DNA from: the human T2T-CHM13v2.0 reference genome, Homo sapiens | Length of the DNA stretch: 64,000 bases | Direction: 5' to 3' (one strand) | Assembly (NCBI RefSeq): GCF_009914755.1 | Contig: NC_060931.1 | Shown here: positions 27,432 through 39,782 of the stretch, one piece after another | Numbering within the stretch: the first letter of the stretch is position 1 | Layout of the letters: the number at the start of each line of letters is the position of its first letter | Program-made: the position numbers and the translations under genes | The notes under the pieces: model-generated | Seen by the model: the letters and a program-made list of their open reading frames with translations, nothing else | Database searches by the model: none | Told to the model about the DNA's origin: nothing

Positions 27432-28359
27432 GACATAGAACAAGAAATCATCAGCACACAGCGGGAAGTCAAAGGTGTGAATAGAAAACTAAAGTAGATT
27501 GCCCAGCTTATCTCTCCGGGAGAGAAGATGGTCAGTGATGAAATAGAATCTTGGAGAGCAGCTATATTTTATAGGCGATCAAAAGTTGAGGAAAATCAGG
27601 GAAGTGTAAAAAATTGGAATAAAGTATCCCTGGATAACCATGCCATAACGTTGCTTCCTTCTTAAGAGCATGGAATAGCAAGTTGTGAGCAAGTCCATGA
27701 GAAAATTTATATACATTCTAACAAAATAGGGAAAAGTGTTCTTCATTTTTTTGTATTCTGAAATACGTAAACAGAATTTTTACTCATAAAAATTATTTTA
27801 CATATATCTGCTAGAAAGTAGAGGAAGCTCAAACTATGGTATTCATAAAATGCAAAAAGAAAAAGTTGTAATTACTTGGTTATCCCAAATATAAAAGAGA
27901 TAAATGGTATTCCTGAAAGAGTGAGAATGACCAAGATTTTGTTGATGGAGAGTGACAGAAAATTAATTTCATTATAACAACTCCTTTACAAAACAGGACA
28001 GATAGTTGGGAGTCTCTGATTCTGTTTGAATCTTTGATGTTGAGAAACTTCAATAGCTACATGGTAAGAACCCATTATGGTAATAGTTGATCATTATTTA
28101 TTGTTAGTTTCAGTAGAAAATAAACAGGCTGTTTGTTTAGAGCGATTAATAACATCACAAACTATTTGAGTGATGGTTTTCTCTAAGAGTTCTGAATTGC
28201 TTTATAAATATAGCCTGCTAATTAACTTAGGACTTACTAAGAAGAATGAAATATCTACTGAATTTTGGCCAAAATGTTCCTTGAAGTAGATCCCAATAAG
28301 ATTCTGTTCTTTTTGAATTATTAGTGCCTAATATACGGTTGATACATAAAAGAGTTGCC

Positions 28360-28977
28360 CATGAAAAAGAAAAAATGAAAATTTCAGATTAAGATGGGAT
28401 CTGAAAATCATTATTTGCTTTAGCACCCACCAAGGGAAACTAGATGGTTTCCACAGCTTGAATTAACTTTAGATAGGCTTCTAGGCACTGACCTCTCTTA
28501 AAGAATTTCCTTTAAAAAAAAAAAGGTGTAATTTTTAAAGCATTTGTCTGCCTCCTTGAGATGTAAATCTTGTAAAAATCCTCTTGCCAGCTTTACAACT
28601 CAAGACTGTCTTTCGCAAGGACCTAGGGTTGTTTCAATTGAAATGTAATTTTCTAGAAAGAGAAAGCTCCTACCTTCTAGTCTTTGTAGAAAGGTAGGAG
28701 CCTAATTTCCGTGGGCACCATGCTATAGGCTGTAAAACTACCCCCAGTCATGAAGAGAGGGGAAAGTTCACTGTTCATTTGGATAAAGCCAATTACCCAA
28801 ATACAGATGCCACACAGTCTCTCAACACCAGCTTGTCAAAGCAAAGCAAAACTCTCTGCCCTTTACTTTAGCTGAGCTAAGTATCCAGATGTGGTTTGTG
28901 CTCCCTCCCCTATGGCTGGCGATAGTATTAGAATAAAATCAATATCTGTTTGCTTAGGCATGATTTTTTCTTTAACA
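28360..28977 (+). mobile_element. MER31/MER67-like ERV1 solo LTR
   Basis: TTGAGATGTAAATCTT..CCTCTTGCCAGCTTTACAAC..GGTAGGAGCCTAA..AATAAA..TTTAACA. Confidence 0.65.
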
Positions 28978-30839
28978 GTGCATGTGAGAATACTGGCAAC
29001 CTTAGAGAGCACTTTCAGTGGAACAGAATGGATGCAGATAACTATATTGGATTGAATAGTAATTATGAAGTGAGAAACTTAGGAGAGTAAGATAAGCTAT
29101 CAGTACTTCCTTTTCAGCCCTTCCTCTCTTAATCCTTTCTAAAATTTTTAAATCCAAGAACTTTAAAAAATTGTATCTGGATTTGTCCAACTAAATAAAA
29201 TGTTCCTTCCTTGTGGAGACCATTTCTTAGGACCTTTGCACATCTCCAGCTCCCAGATGAAATATGTTGCAAGCATTACGTTCTCAGTAATGTTTGTGTA
29301 ATTAAATGCTTTTGTAAAAGTACTTGTAATACAAGATAGAGTAGTCATTTTCCTTTAAGAGTCAAAAGGTGCTGTGACATCATAAACCTTGCAATAAGAA
29401 GGATAGTATTGAAATTTTAAAGTTTTTGTTCTTTTATTTCATTAATCCCCTATAATACAATATTATTCACATTTTTACTTGGAAAAAAGGAATCTGAAAG
29501 TTAAATGTCCACAGGATCGGTTTTCAGATGATATGAGTTTTTCAGTTAATGTACTAACCTCAATTATGAAGGTTTATTATTATTATTATTGCTGCTAAAG
29601 TTAGAATAAAAGAAAAGCTAAATTTTCGACACAGAGGAGGGGAAAAAAGGTGTTTCAAAAAGTTTCATTAAAAATGATAGTAATGTTCTTTTAAAATTAT
29701 TTTTAAAACAAAAGCAGCATGGCATTTGGAAACAAAAGGCAATATTGATGATATTACAATCTGCCTTAGATATTTGGCAGACAGTAATGACCACCTCTAT
29801 GTAAATTTTGTGGACCGTGTACAGGAAAATAATCTGATGTAAACCTTTGTTGCGTTCACAGCTCTCAGATGGTCGTCAAGTTTGGGGGCTCTCAGGTGGT
29901 TCTGGTTGACCCACTTCCTCCCTTCCAGTTAGATTCACATCACAAATACGTCTTGGGCATTGTGTGATGTTCAAGAAGCTTATTCTGGCAGCGCTTCTAC
30001 AGGATGAACAGCAGGAGGAGGCTGGCAGCCCTGGCCAGATGCAGTTAGGGGAAGGATGACCGCCTGAGTGACAGGGCTTTCATTACAATATCATTTTCAG
30101 AGTTTGAGGGATTCTTCCTCTTTTGTGTACTTCTATTCAGTCTGGGTTAGTTGCCATGTGTTTTTTTGTTTTGTTTTGTTTTTATTTTTTATTTTTTTCA
30201 TAAAGAAAGTTTAAGCCATCTTGTAAGGGAAAGCTTTGTTTTAAGGTTCATGAAGTTGCATCTGTGCTAAGGTGGCCTTGTGTCTAGAGTAGCCAGGGTT
30301 TTTGTCATAGAGACCATTGTCATAGAGACCTGGTAATCTCCTGGCCAGGGCTGGAAATCCCCAGGCCAGGTTGCATCATCTTGCTCGGCAACACATAGTG
30401 TAGGACTTGTAAGATGTTTGAGTGAGCCTGTGGCTATTCTTAATCTTCTAGCCACTTATTAGCCACTTGAGCCAATCTTAATCTTATAAAGAGACATAGA
30501 GATATGTCTTTTATAGTTATACCATAACTTTAAATGTCATCTATTTGTTTCGCTAAAATTTTCAGTGTTTAAAGAATGGTGTTTTGGTTACCCAGAGGCA
30601 ATGTTTTAAATTTAGAACTTTTAATGTTGAGGTACTGCCATATTCCTTTTGTTTTAAAGACAGTGTATACTCTCTCTAAGTATGCTGTTTCACTCCGGCA
30701 ACTTCCCTAATGAAGTAAATTTAAAGAAACAGTTCTTATTTAAAAAGTTTAATGACTTAAATTTGTAAGCAAATGATATATGCTAATTTTTAAAATCAAG
30801 AAACAGAGAAAATTAAAAGGAAGCAAGCATAGAAAAGAT

Positions 30840-32695
30840 ACCTAATGGGGAGGAGGTTGAATAGGTGAAGCACAGGGATTTTTTTTTAGGGTAGTAAAGC
30901 CATTCTGCCTGATAGTGGTGGTACGAATAGCATAGATGATACATGACACTGCATTTGTCAAAACCCATTGAATTTTGTAGCACAAAGAGTGATCCTTAAT
31001 GTGTGCAAATGAAAAGTCACGTAGGAGGCTTAGAGATCACAGGATGGAATGCCAACTGTGACAAAATAACCTAACTGCATTACAAATATATAAAATTGTC
31101 ACTAAAGAGAATAGGGGAAAAGAGCCTCACCTAAGTAACTTTGTAAATGAATAGCATCTGAAAGACTAATGGCAAAAAGAAATGTGGATAAGAACTTTAC
31201 TATAGTTGATAAATTTGCTTTCCTTGCGGGGGGCGGGATATGAGTTAACAAGTATGAAACCACTGTATGTGTATGTATATTGGAACTGAGCAGTTAGGCA
31301 AATGGATGTCAAATGATGGAAACTAAGTTTTTTACTGTTGGAATGGGAAGTTATAGGTAAGCAAAAGTAGAAAGCTAGAATGATCTATAGAGTTGGAGAC
31401 TTCATTATGAGCTCGTGTTTGTTTTAATATAGATTCAGATGGTTACATACAGAAATATTTATAGAGATGAGTATATACATGGTTAGTATATACACGTATT
31501 TTCTTGCTCTCTCAGCTGAGAGGAACTAGAAGCACTGCCGTACCAATAACAGTAAACACACCTTGTATCCAGACATTGGTTTCTAATGCAGTTCTCCAAT
31601 AAAAGGAACCAAGACTCCTTTGAGAACTGTATGATTCTAGGACTGAGGCAGGAATTATACAAGATGAGCCTAGAGCACCTTGCAGTGCCAGAATGTAATG
31701 CAGCACCCCTCCAAAAAAACACCCTCAAACCCACAATGATGGGAGTAGGTCAAAGGAACTCAGGATCCCAGTGAAAGAGCTCCTAAAAACCAAAGCTGGA
31801 ACAATTTGAGCAATAAAATAAAGTAGTATTCAGTTATAATACAAAACATAAAATAAAGTCAGTCCATATTGTTAGAGATAAATGTAAATAAATGATAATT
31901 ATGTTGGGGGAGGGAAATGGAGAACTCCTTCATGCAGAGAAATTACAAATATTGGGTTGGTGCAAAAATAATTGAAGTTTCTGCTATTCCTTTAATGACA
32001 AACACTGCAATTTTGTTTGCATCAACCTAATAATTTATGTAGATATTCTGCTCTCAAGGAAGTGGAGCCTAACTCTTTACTCCTTAGTCTGTGCATGGTG
32101 GTTTTTTTTTTTTTTTTTTCAGAGAGTACAGTTTGGAAAGGAGGAAAAAAGAGTAACCATTACAGTGAAGAAAACTGACAAGTACTATCTCAGTGAAGTG
32201 ACCAAGTTTCACATTAACAGTGATGTCCTGTTAACAGTATGTACTCTTGATATAATATGATGAGAATTACATTTTACCACTCTTGCCTTCCAAAAACTGA
32301 TAGTCCCAGTTTAATCGTTAGAAAAACACCATACAAATCTTAACTGAAGATCTTTCTACAAAATAGGATGTGCACGCTGTCATAGACAAGAGGAGCCCAG
32401 AGACATAATGACTAAATGTAACATAGCATCCCAAACGAGATCTTTGAAAAAGTGATATTATATCAATACTAAGAAAATATGAATAGAACATGATTTTAGT
32501 TAATAATAGTGTACTGATATTGACTCATTATTTGTGACAAATTATTATAATCACATTATACTAATATATATTTCCTCTACTAATGTAAGATGTTCATAGT
32601 GGGGGAATTGGTTGTGAGGTGTGTTAGAACTCTGTAATATCTTCACAATTTCTCTGTGGATGTAAAGCTATTCTAAAATAAAACAGTTATTTAAA
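30840..32695 (+). mobile_element. L1MC-like 3'UTR
   Basis: GATACATGACACTGCATTTGTCAAAACCCATTGAA.. ; ends GAACTCTGTAATATCTTCACAATTTCTCTGT..TTCTAAAATAAAA. Confidence 0.75.
31952..32030. mobile_element. MADE1 MITE (Hsmar1-derived)
   Basis: 79-bp imperfect palindrome TTGGGTTGGTGCAAAAATAATTG...CAATTTTGTTTGCATCAACCTAA flanked by TA. Confidence 0.93.
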
Positions 32696-33299
32696 ATATC
32701 ACTAATCTTGCTACTCAGGGATAGTTTTCATTAAATATTTGGTGGACATTTTTATGGATATCTCTGTAAATGCTTAGTTATAAAACCAAGTGGATAAATA
32801 GCTATAGAATAAGGATTTTAGAAAATTATTATACTTGATATACCCTTTTAAAATTAAAACTCTAATATTAATTTTTACCTGAATTTAACCAAAAAGGAAA
32901 ACAACAAAGTGAAACTTGAAGTAAAAGGTGAATTTCAAATAAAGATATTTTACCATCAAACCTATTAGTTCCTAAAAGAGACTTCTAAAGCCAGAAAAAA
33001 TGATTTTGAGAAAGAGCCTACATTAATTAACTATGGGTTGTAACTTTATACTGTATATATTGATTATTTACTATGAAAGGTAATAAAAGTGGCACCCTTA
33101 TATTCCCATTTCCCTCTCTCCTCTTGGTCCTTTAATTATAACTTTTATCTTCTCAAGGTTTGTAATGTATATATTATCTTCCATAACTATAGAATAAAAA
33201 TCTGAAAATTTTATTCTATGCTTAAACTGTGTCAGTTCTCCTCACCTTGTTCTGCAGTTTCTTCATCCTTAAATTCCTTATTTTTTCACTCCATTGGCT

Positions 33300-33640
33300 A
33301 AATTTTATAGTTCAGTAGTCTTTTAAAGAAAGACTCAAGCATGTATAGTTCCTAATTTTGTTATGCTTGAAAAAATTCACTTTTGCCTTTATATATGAAA
33401 GGCAACTTGGCTGGACATAAATTCCTTTGGCATACTATTTTGTCTTATAACTCACTGGATGTTGCTCCCTATCTTCTGGCATTATATTTGTTACAGAGAA
33501 GTATGAGGTCAACTTCATTTTTCCCCCTATTGAATGTACTATGCTTTTTCTTCCTGGGTGCTTCTTTCCTTATCCTTGAAATGCAGCAACATTATCAGAA
33601 TATAACTAGGCATGGGTTGAGCTCTATTACCTTTCCTGGA
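33300..33640 (-). mobile_element. old L1/HAL1 ORF1-region fragment
   Basis: TTGGCTGGACATAAATTCCT..TTGCTCCCTATCTTCTGGC..GAGAAGTATGAGGTCA. Confidence 0.55.
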
Positions 33641-33763
33641 TATAAGCTACAAATTATTTCAATGTTCACATTCAAATTTTGCTTAATGTATGCACACATT
33701 TTTCATCTTCTGTATTATCTTTCTAAAAATCGTTATCATGCTGCTGTTTTTGCCTCCTTTGTT

Positions 33764-34177
33764 TGTATGTCTAAGAAAGAATCTGACTCTATTTTTGACG
33801 TGTGACTGCTCACTGCTTACAAGACCCAATATCCCTACTCTCTCTCTTCCTCTATATCTAGGAAAGCTGATAAGAAAGCCCAGTGTTCCTTCCTTTGTCA
33901 CTGGCAGGAAATTCAAATCTCTGAACACCCTAGCTCATTCAAGGGAACCATCATCCCAGTCACCCTTCCAACTACGACAAAAACCCAAGCTAGATAGTTT
34001 CCTATCCCTGCTGTCTCTCAAGACATTTTGGAACCTGTTTGGGATTTTGATCTGCTCTCCTGACTAAAGGAATCCTTATTCACACCCTCATGGTGCACAT
34101 GTGGTATCATCAGTCTTGACACTCAAAACAAATTTTAGATGGAGAGTACATGTCACCTCAGCAAGATGGCTGAAACA
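33764..34177 (+). mobile_element. MER90/MER110-like ERV1 LTR
   Basis: GACTCTATTTTTGACGTGTGACTGCT..AAGCTGATAAGAAAGCCC..GGAAATTCAAA. Confidence 0.55.
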
Positions 34178-34959
34178 GTGTGACTTCTTTGAAAGTATTT
34201 TACCATTTCTCTGATTGAGGTTCTACTGACCGCTTTTTTTTTTTTTTAACTTTCCTGGAGTATGTTAGTGTTTATTGCATTGTCAACTCTTCAGTATATT
34301 TTCTCTTGTCAGAGAGGGTCATCTTAGAAAGATTGGGACCATAGGCTAAACCACGGGCTTTTGATGTTCCATGCAACTGTTTCCTGGAATATCGTGAACT
34401 ACTAAGATTTGAAGACTGAGTTAGAATCTTGAAAAACAGTTTCAAAATAATGTGGTAATAAAACAAGTTGGTATAATCACAATTAGTTTTCTAAATCCAC
34501 AACGGTCAAAAAGCACACCTTGGTATTAGATATTCAATAAAGTATTCCGCATCTCCTATAAAATGCTTGGTTATGGTCATCTTAAATTATCCCTGAACTT
34601 ATTCTTCTGATGAGCATTCTTTCACAAATATTCTTGTCCATGTTTTTCTTTGTTTGTTTTCTTTTCTTAGTTGGGAAAAATATCTTGTGTTAAAGGTCTT
34701 CAAAATGGTTTGTATATCTCATGTTAATCTCTTAGGGTAAGCTTTGCCAATAAATAAATATTGGAATTTAATTGGAGCTTGTAAGACCCAGTAAACTAGG
34801 TAAGAACCTTCATGTAGTCTTCATGTTTTGTTAGCTGTTTCTCATCTCTGACAATTCTTAGTTTTTTCTTGATTTTTTTTTTTTTACCTTTACAGTTTTG
34901 AAGAACATGGGTCAGGTTCTTTGTAGAAAGTTAATTTCTTTTTATTTCTGACTTATGTT

Positions 34960-36300
34960 CCAGTATAGGGACACATTACACTTTGCCTATCTGTTCACCT
35001 GTTAATGGAATTTTGTGCTGTTTCCAGTTTTGGGCTATTACAAATAAAGCTGTGATGAGCAGTCATACACAAGTTCTTGTATGGACATATGCTTTCATTT
35101 CTCTTGGATAAAAACCTAGGAGTTGAATGGATAAATCATATATGAGGTATGCATTTAACTTTTAAAAAATTGCTAAATTGTTTTTGAAAGTGGCTATATC
35201 ATTTAACATTTCTACCAGCAGTGTATGAACCTCTCGTTTTTTTTACATCGTTGCTAACAGTTGGTATCAGGCTTTAATTAGGGCCATTCCTGTATGGATG
35301 CAGCGGTATTTCCTTGTCATATTAATTTGCGTTTCCTTAAGGACTAATAATAATGTGCATTTTTTAATGTGCTTATTTGCCATCCATTTATTTTTTTAGT
35401 TGTAGGTCTGTACAAATCTTTTGCCCATTTTGAAATTTGGTTGTTTGTTCTTGTTGAGTTTTGAGATTTCCTTATATATACTGTATACAAGTCTTTTGTC
35501 TGATAAGTGCTTTGCAAATACTTTCTCCTGGTCTGTAGATCCCCTGTTCATTCTCATCACTATCCTTTCTGCTTCATTCTTCTGTCTGTCTATTTATGTG
35601 CCAATACCACACTGTTTTGATTAGCTTTACCATGTTTTAATATCTGGTAAGGCTAGTCCCCTCCATCTTACTATGTAGTTTGAGTTTTCTGGGTAGTCTT
35701 TATGTTTCTATTTATGTTAATATTAGAATGAACTCATATAATTCAAAATTCTTACTTACATTTTTAGTGGGACTAAATTACACTTTCAATTTACTTTGGG
35801 GAAACTGGTATCTTTGTGATCTTGAGTGTTCTTTTTCAATATCATGATATGTTTCTCATTTGTTCAAGTCTTCTGTTCATATTCTTGTGTAGCATTTTAA
35901 AATTTTATTCATATTGATCTTATACTTACTGTTATGTTTATTCCTACATTTATCTTTTCTTGATGGTATTGTAATGGCATCTTTTTCCAATATATTTTTA
36001 AAATTTCTTGTTTGCACATCTGACAAATATTGTTTTCTGCATGTTAATTTTTAACCTATCCACCCCATTGAATTTTCTTACCATTTCTAATTGTTTCAGC
36101 TTATTCTTTTAAGGTTTCCAGATATATAATTTGTAGTTTTTTCAATTTCTATATCTCTTAATACTTTATCTTTTCTAATTGTGCTATTATTTCCAAAAAA
36201 AAATGTTAAACAAGAGTGGAGATAATGGCTATGGGTTCTTTTTTCTGTTTTTAATAGGTATGTTTCAAGTGTTTGATCATTTAACATGATAGCAGCTTTG
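34960..36300 (-). mobile_element. ancient L1M fragments (ORF2 3' region)
   Basis: TTTCCAGTTTTGGGCTATTACAAATAAAGCTG..CATATGCTTTCATTTCTCTTGG; decayed peptide YLLKTEKR resembles L1 ORF2. Confidence 0.75.
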
Positions 36301-37416
36301 AAGAAGAGGTAGACTTATTTTTATCATAATAAAATTTTTGTCATTGTAGTGCCTGCTGGCTGCTGAAGTGCCTGGATTTGGGGTGGGAGAGAGAAGGGTA
36401 ATTTGGGTCATTACACAGCGTTTTATCAGAACATACACATGTGAACTCTTGTCATTTTATTTGTTTGTTATATATCTATTTCTTCAGTTTTTGGCATTCA
36501 TAAGTTGTTGTATCTCATCCAAAGTTCTTTAAGTCACAAAATGTCCCTTCACCTTTTCTTCTCTGAGCTTTTTATTCAGAAGTCTCCCCTCATCAAGAGA
36601 CTGGGTTATATACAAGAGGAATGACATGTGGTTGTGGGTTTTGCTTCTTTCTCAGCTTCCCTGCTGCTCTGTGCTATCACACTGGAATCTTCAGTGACAT
36701 TTCCTGCCACACTCATGGCAGTTCATGACCCTGCATCTTAGCATTCTCTCAGTGGGTAGCTAGGGGCTCTTATTTTGTAAAAATTCATTGTCTTTTTTAA
36801 TTTTAAAAAGAGTAGAGTTTGTCTATATTTGCACACTTTGATTCAGGAATCATCTGGAGTAATTTTGAAATGAGCAAAATGTACATGTAGCCCTTCAAAA
36901 TAGTTGCTTTATGTTACCTGCCTCCTCAGTGCAGTAGAGAGTGGTCAGTCTCACAATCTGAAGAAAGAATATGCTGACACTAATGAAAATGATATTTTGC
37001 AAAGGCTTTAAAAATTTCTCTTTTGGAAACAAGCTCAGGATTGGCTTTTGTGCCGTATAAAATCTAACTAATTGCTTAATAGTCACATTGCCTTTTTTAC
37101 ATGAAATGATTCTGCTTAAATGCTCACCTCACTTTTCAGTTACTGAATAATTTTGGCCCATATCTGAAAATTAAATTAATCAACAAACACTGAAAATTTA
37201 ACATTACTGGAGAATTTCAAATAAATGTCCTGAACAGGTTTATTCTTTGCCTTTCTCTTAGGCAGTTCCAAAGGTATATTGCCTTTTAATTTTTTCCAAA
37301 GGTAGAATTATTTTCCTCACAAATTAACAATAAGCAAATTTATCCATTTCATTTTTAGTGAATTATGAATATTTTATGAAGTAGAAACTTGGCACTCACC
37401 TTTTAAAAATCAACTC

Positions 37417-38374
37417 TTGTTGAGTAGGCTGAGGAGGAGGAAGAAGAGGAGGGGTTGGTCTTACTGTCTCAGGTATGGCAGAAATGAAAGAAGTGGAGGT
37501 TGAAGGGGAGGCAGGAGAGGCAGACACTAGGTGTAACTTTATAGAAATACATTGCCCCTGTTAGCATAGTTGCAGTGATGATTTCATAATTTTTTTTACA
37601 ATGGTTCTTTAAATGGATTCATTTATCTTGAAATGGAAGGCAACTGCAGCTACAGTCCTCAATCTAAAGTACGTATCAAGCAATTCAACTTTTTATTTTA
37701 ATGTCATGAGTTTTCTCTGCTTTTTTGGGAGCACTTTTGGCAACACTAGTGGCACTTTCTATGGGTCCCATGGTTTTACTTAAGGTTTATGATATTGCAC
37801 TAAACATGATGTAAAATGCACAAAAACCATGAGAGATCACTTTTTACTGCAAGAGACAATTTACTAGAGAGACAAACTGCTGGCTAGGAGATGACTAGCA
37901 TTGCATGGTGTTTTGAGTGGATACTTGTAACGCTGGAGCTCAGGGAAATAGCAACAGGGAGTGGCTATAAAATTATTACAGTAGTATAATATGTACTATA
38001 GTTAATTTTATGCAGTTATGATTTAATACTGTATCTTTATGTTTGCTTACATTTCTCTCAGCTGCAAATGGTGCATTGTTTGGACTACAAGTGTTTGTGT
38101 TCACAGTGCTGATAAATTGTAAGTTTTTATGACAGATTTTTGTAGATCTTATATTAGTCAATGATAAAATAGACTAGTCTTTACATACATTTATCCATTC
38201 AAGTCACACCCAACTTTTTCTTAAGTTTTCTAATATTTCTAGGCTACAAGATTTATCAGAAAGTTTTCTCAGATTGTCTCATATCTCCAACAAAATTTGC
38301 AATATATTTACTGAAAAAAATTGTGTATTAGTGGATCCATGCAGTTCAAACTCCTGTTGTTCAAGGGTCAACTA
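37417..38374. mobile_element. Tigger2-family DNA transposon, one end truncated
   Basis: TIR GTGGATCCATGCAGTTCAAACTCCTGTTGTTCAAGGGTCAACT + TA; internal GTTGAGTAGGCTGAGGAGGAGGAAGA..GGGGTTGGTCTT. Confidence 0.85.
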
Positions 38375-39782
38375 TATAATACACCTGGTGAAGCAATGTG
38401 TATTCTCATCTTTCAAGTTTCTTTGGTGATTTTAGAACATTGAAGAAGATCTAATTGATAACACACAACACTTAGTATCACTTCCATTGTTCCAACTCTT
38501 AGTCAAGTCTTTCAAATACCATAACTATGCTCAGATCTTTCTCTTGTCACTCTTTGTTTTTAACTTTCAAGTAAAACTTCCCCCTTTTCCTTCCTCTCTC
38601 ACTCTTTCCTTATGCTTCAGCTAGTTTTCCTCTCTGCTTAACAACATTCTCTCTTTTTCTGTTCTCTGCCTACAAAGTATTTCAATTACCACAACAAAAT
38701 ATAAGAGATAGCAAGGAGAGGTGAAAATCTAAATGTTCTAGAAATGTCCTTGGGAAAAAGGGATAAGAGATAGTAATCAGGTTATTAATGTTACACTTTT
38801 GGGAATTATCTTTGGCCTTTATTTCCTCTTACTTTCAGTATCTAATAAAGTATAGCATCTTGAAAATGTGGCCTTCTAAATGCTAAACATTTGTTTTAAC
38901 ATATGATTTAACATATGTTGTAACATATGATAGTTTCAGGAATAAGTATTATAGTATAAAACCATGGTTGACCTTAGCAAGGAGAGTTTCAGTGGAGTGG
39001 TGTAAGTGGAAGACATAGTGAAGAGCGTAAAGCAATGCAGGAAAGGGTAAGGAAGTGGAGAATAGGTAAATTCAACATTTGTGAAAATTTGTTTGAGCAA
39101 TGAAGAATAAATAAAAGTATAAATGAATGAGCGAATATACTATGTTGCACTCTATTACAGTTATAAAGTCTTTTACCTCCAGAGGCAGCAGCTTTACCAG
39201 TTACATTATACTTACTGAGTTTTTATTGAGGTTGTAGGTGCCAAAATTACAGATTTCCAGTGGAAGCCTAAGTTGTAAACTTTCTCTTTAAGCCTCCAGT
39301 TTAGTATCACAGGAATTATTCAAGAATAGACTAGCAACCTGATAAAGGGCTTATAAGGAGGTTAAATTATCTGGTGTGTATATTTAGTAGTGATAAACTC
39401 TATGATCTCTTTCAATTCTGAGATTCTATTATTTTATGGCTTAAGCAGTCATTCAGGCATAGAACCAATTTTGTTCCCTAAATTTATGGTCATTCTAATC
39501 ACGTTCTCAAGTTATAAAGTGATAATACTATTGTGTGATTTACAGACTATTTGGTTTTATTTTACTTGGCTGAGCATATTTTATAAAGTGAGATTTAAGA
39601 GTTCTAGATTTTGATACCTGAAGCAGAAATTCAGACTGTCCACAAGTATTTAGTAGCTCCTTGTCCTTAAAATGCTTAAGTTTAATGGTGGATAAGACAT
39701 AAAGCCCCAAAACATTTAAGTCAGTAATTTAAAAATGTTTTTACAATAGCACCTTTTCTCCTCAGTGAAGCACTATGCCATA

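Noticed and set aside
33383-34067. 140-aa and 125-aa ORFs
   Set aside because: They lie in antisense L1/HAL1 and LTR remnants.
38895-38931. TAACATATG x3
   Set aside because: Short tandem micro-duplication with no evidence of function.
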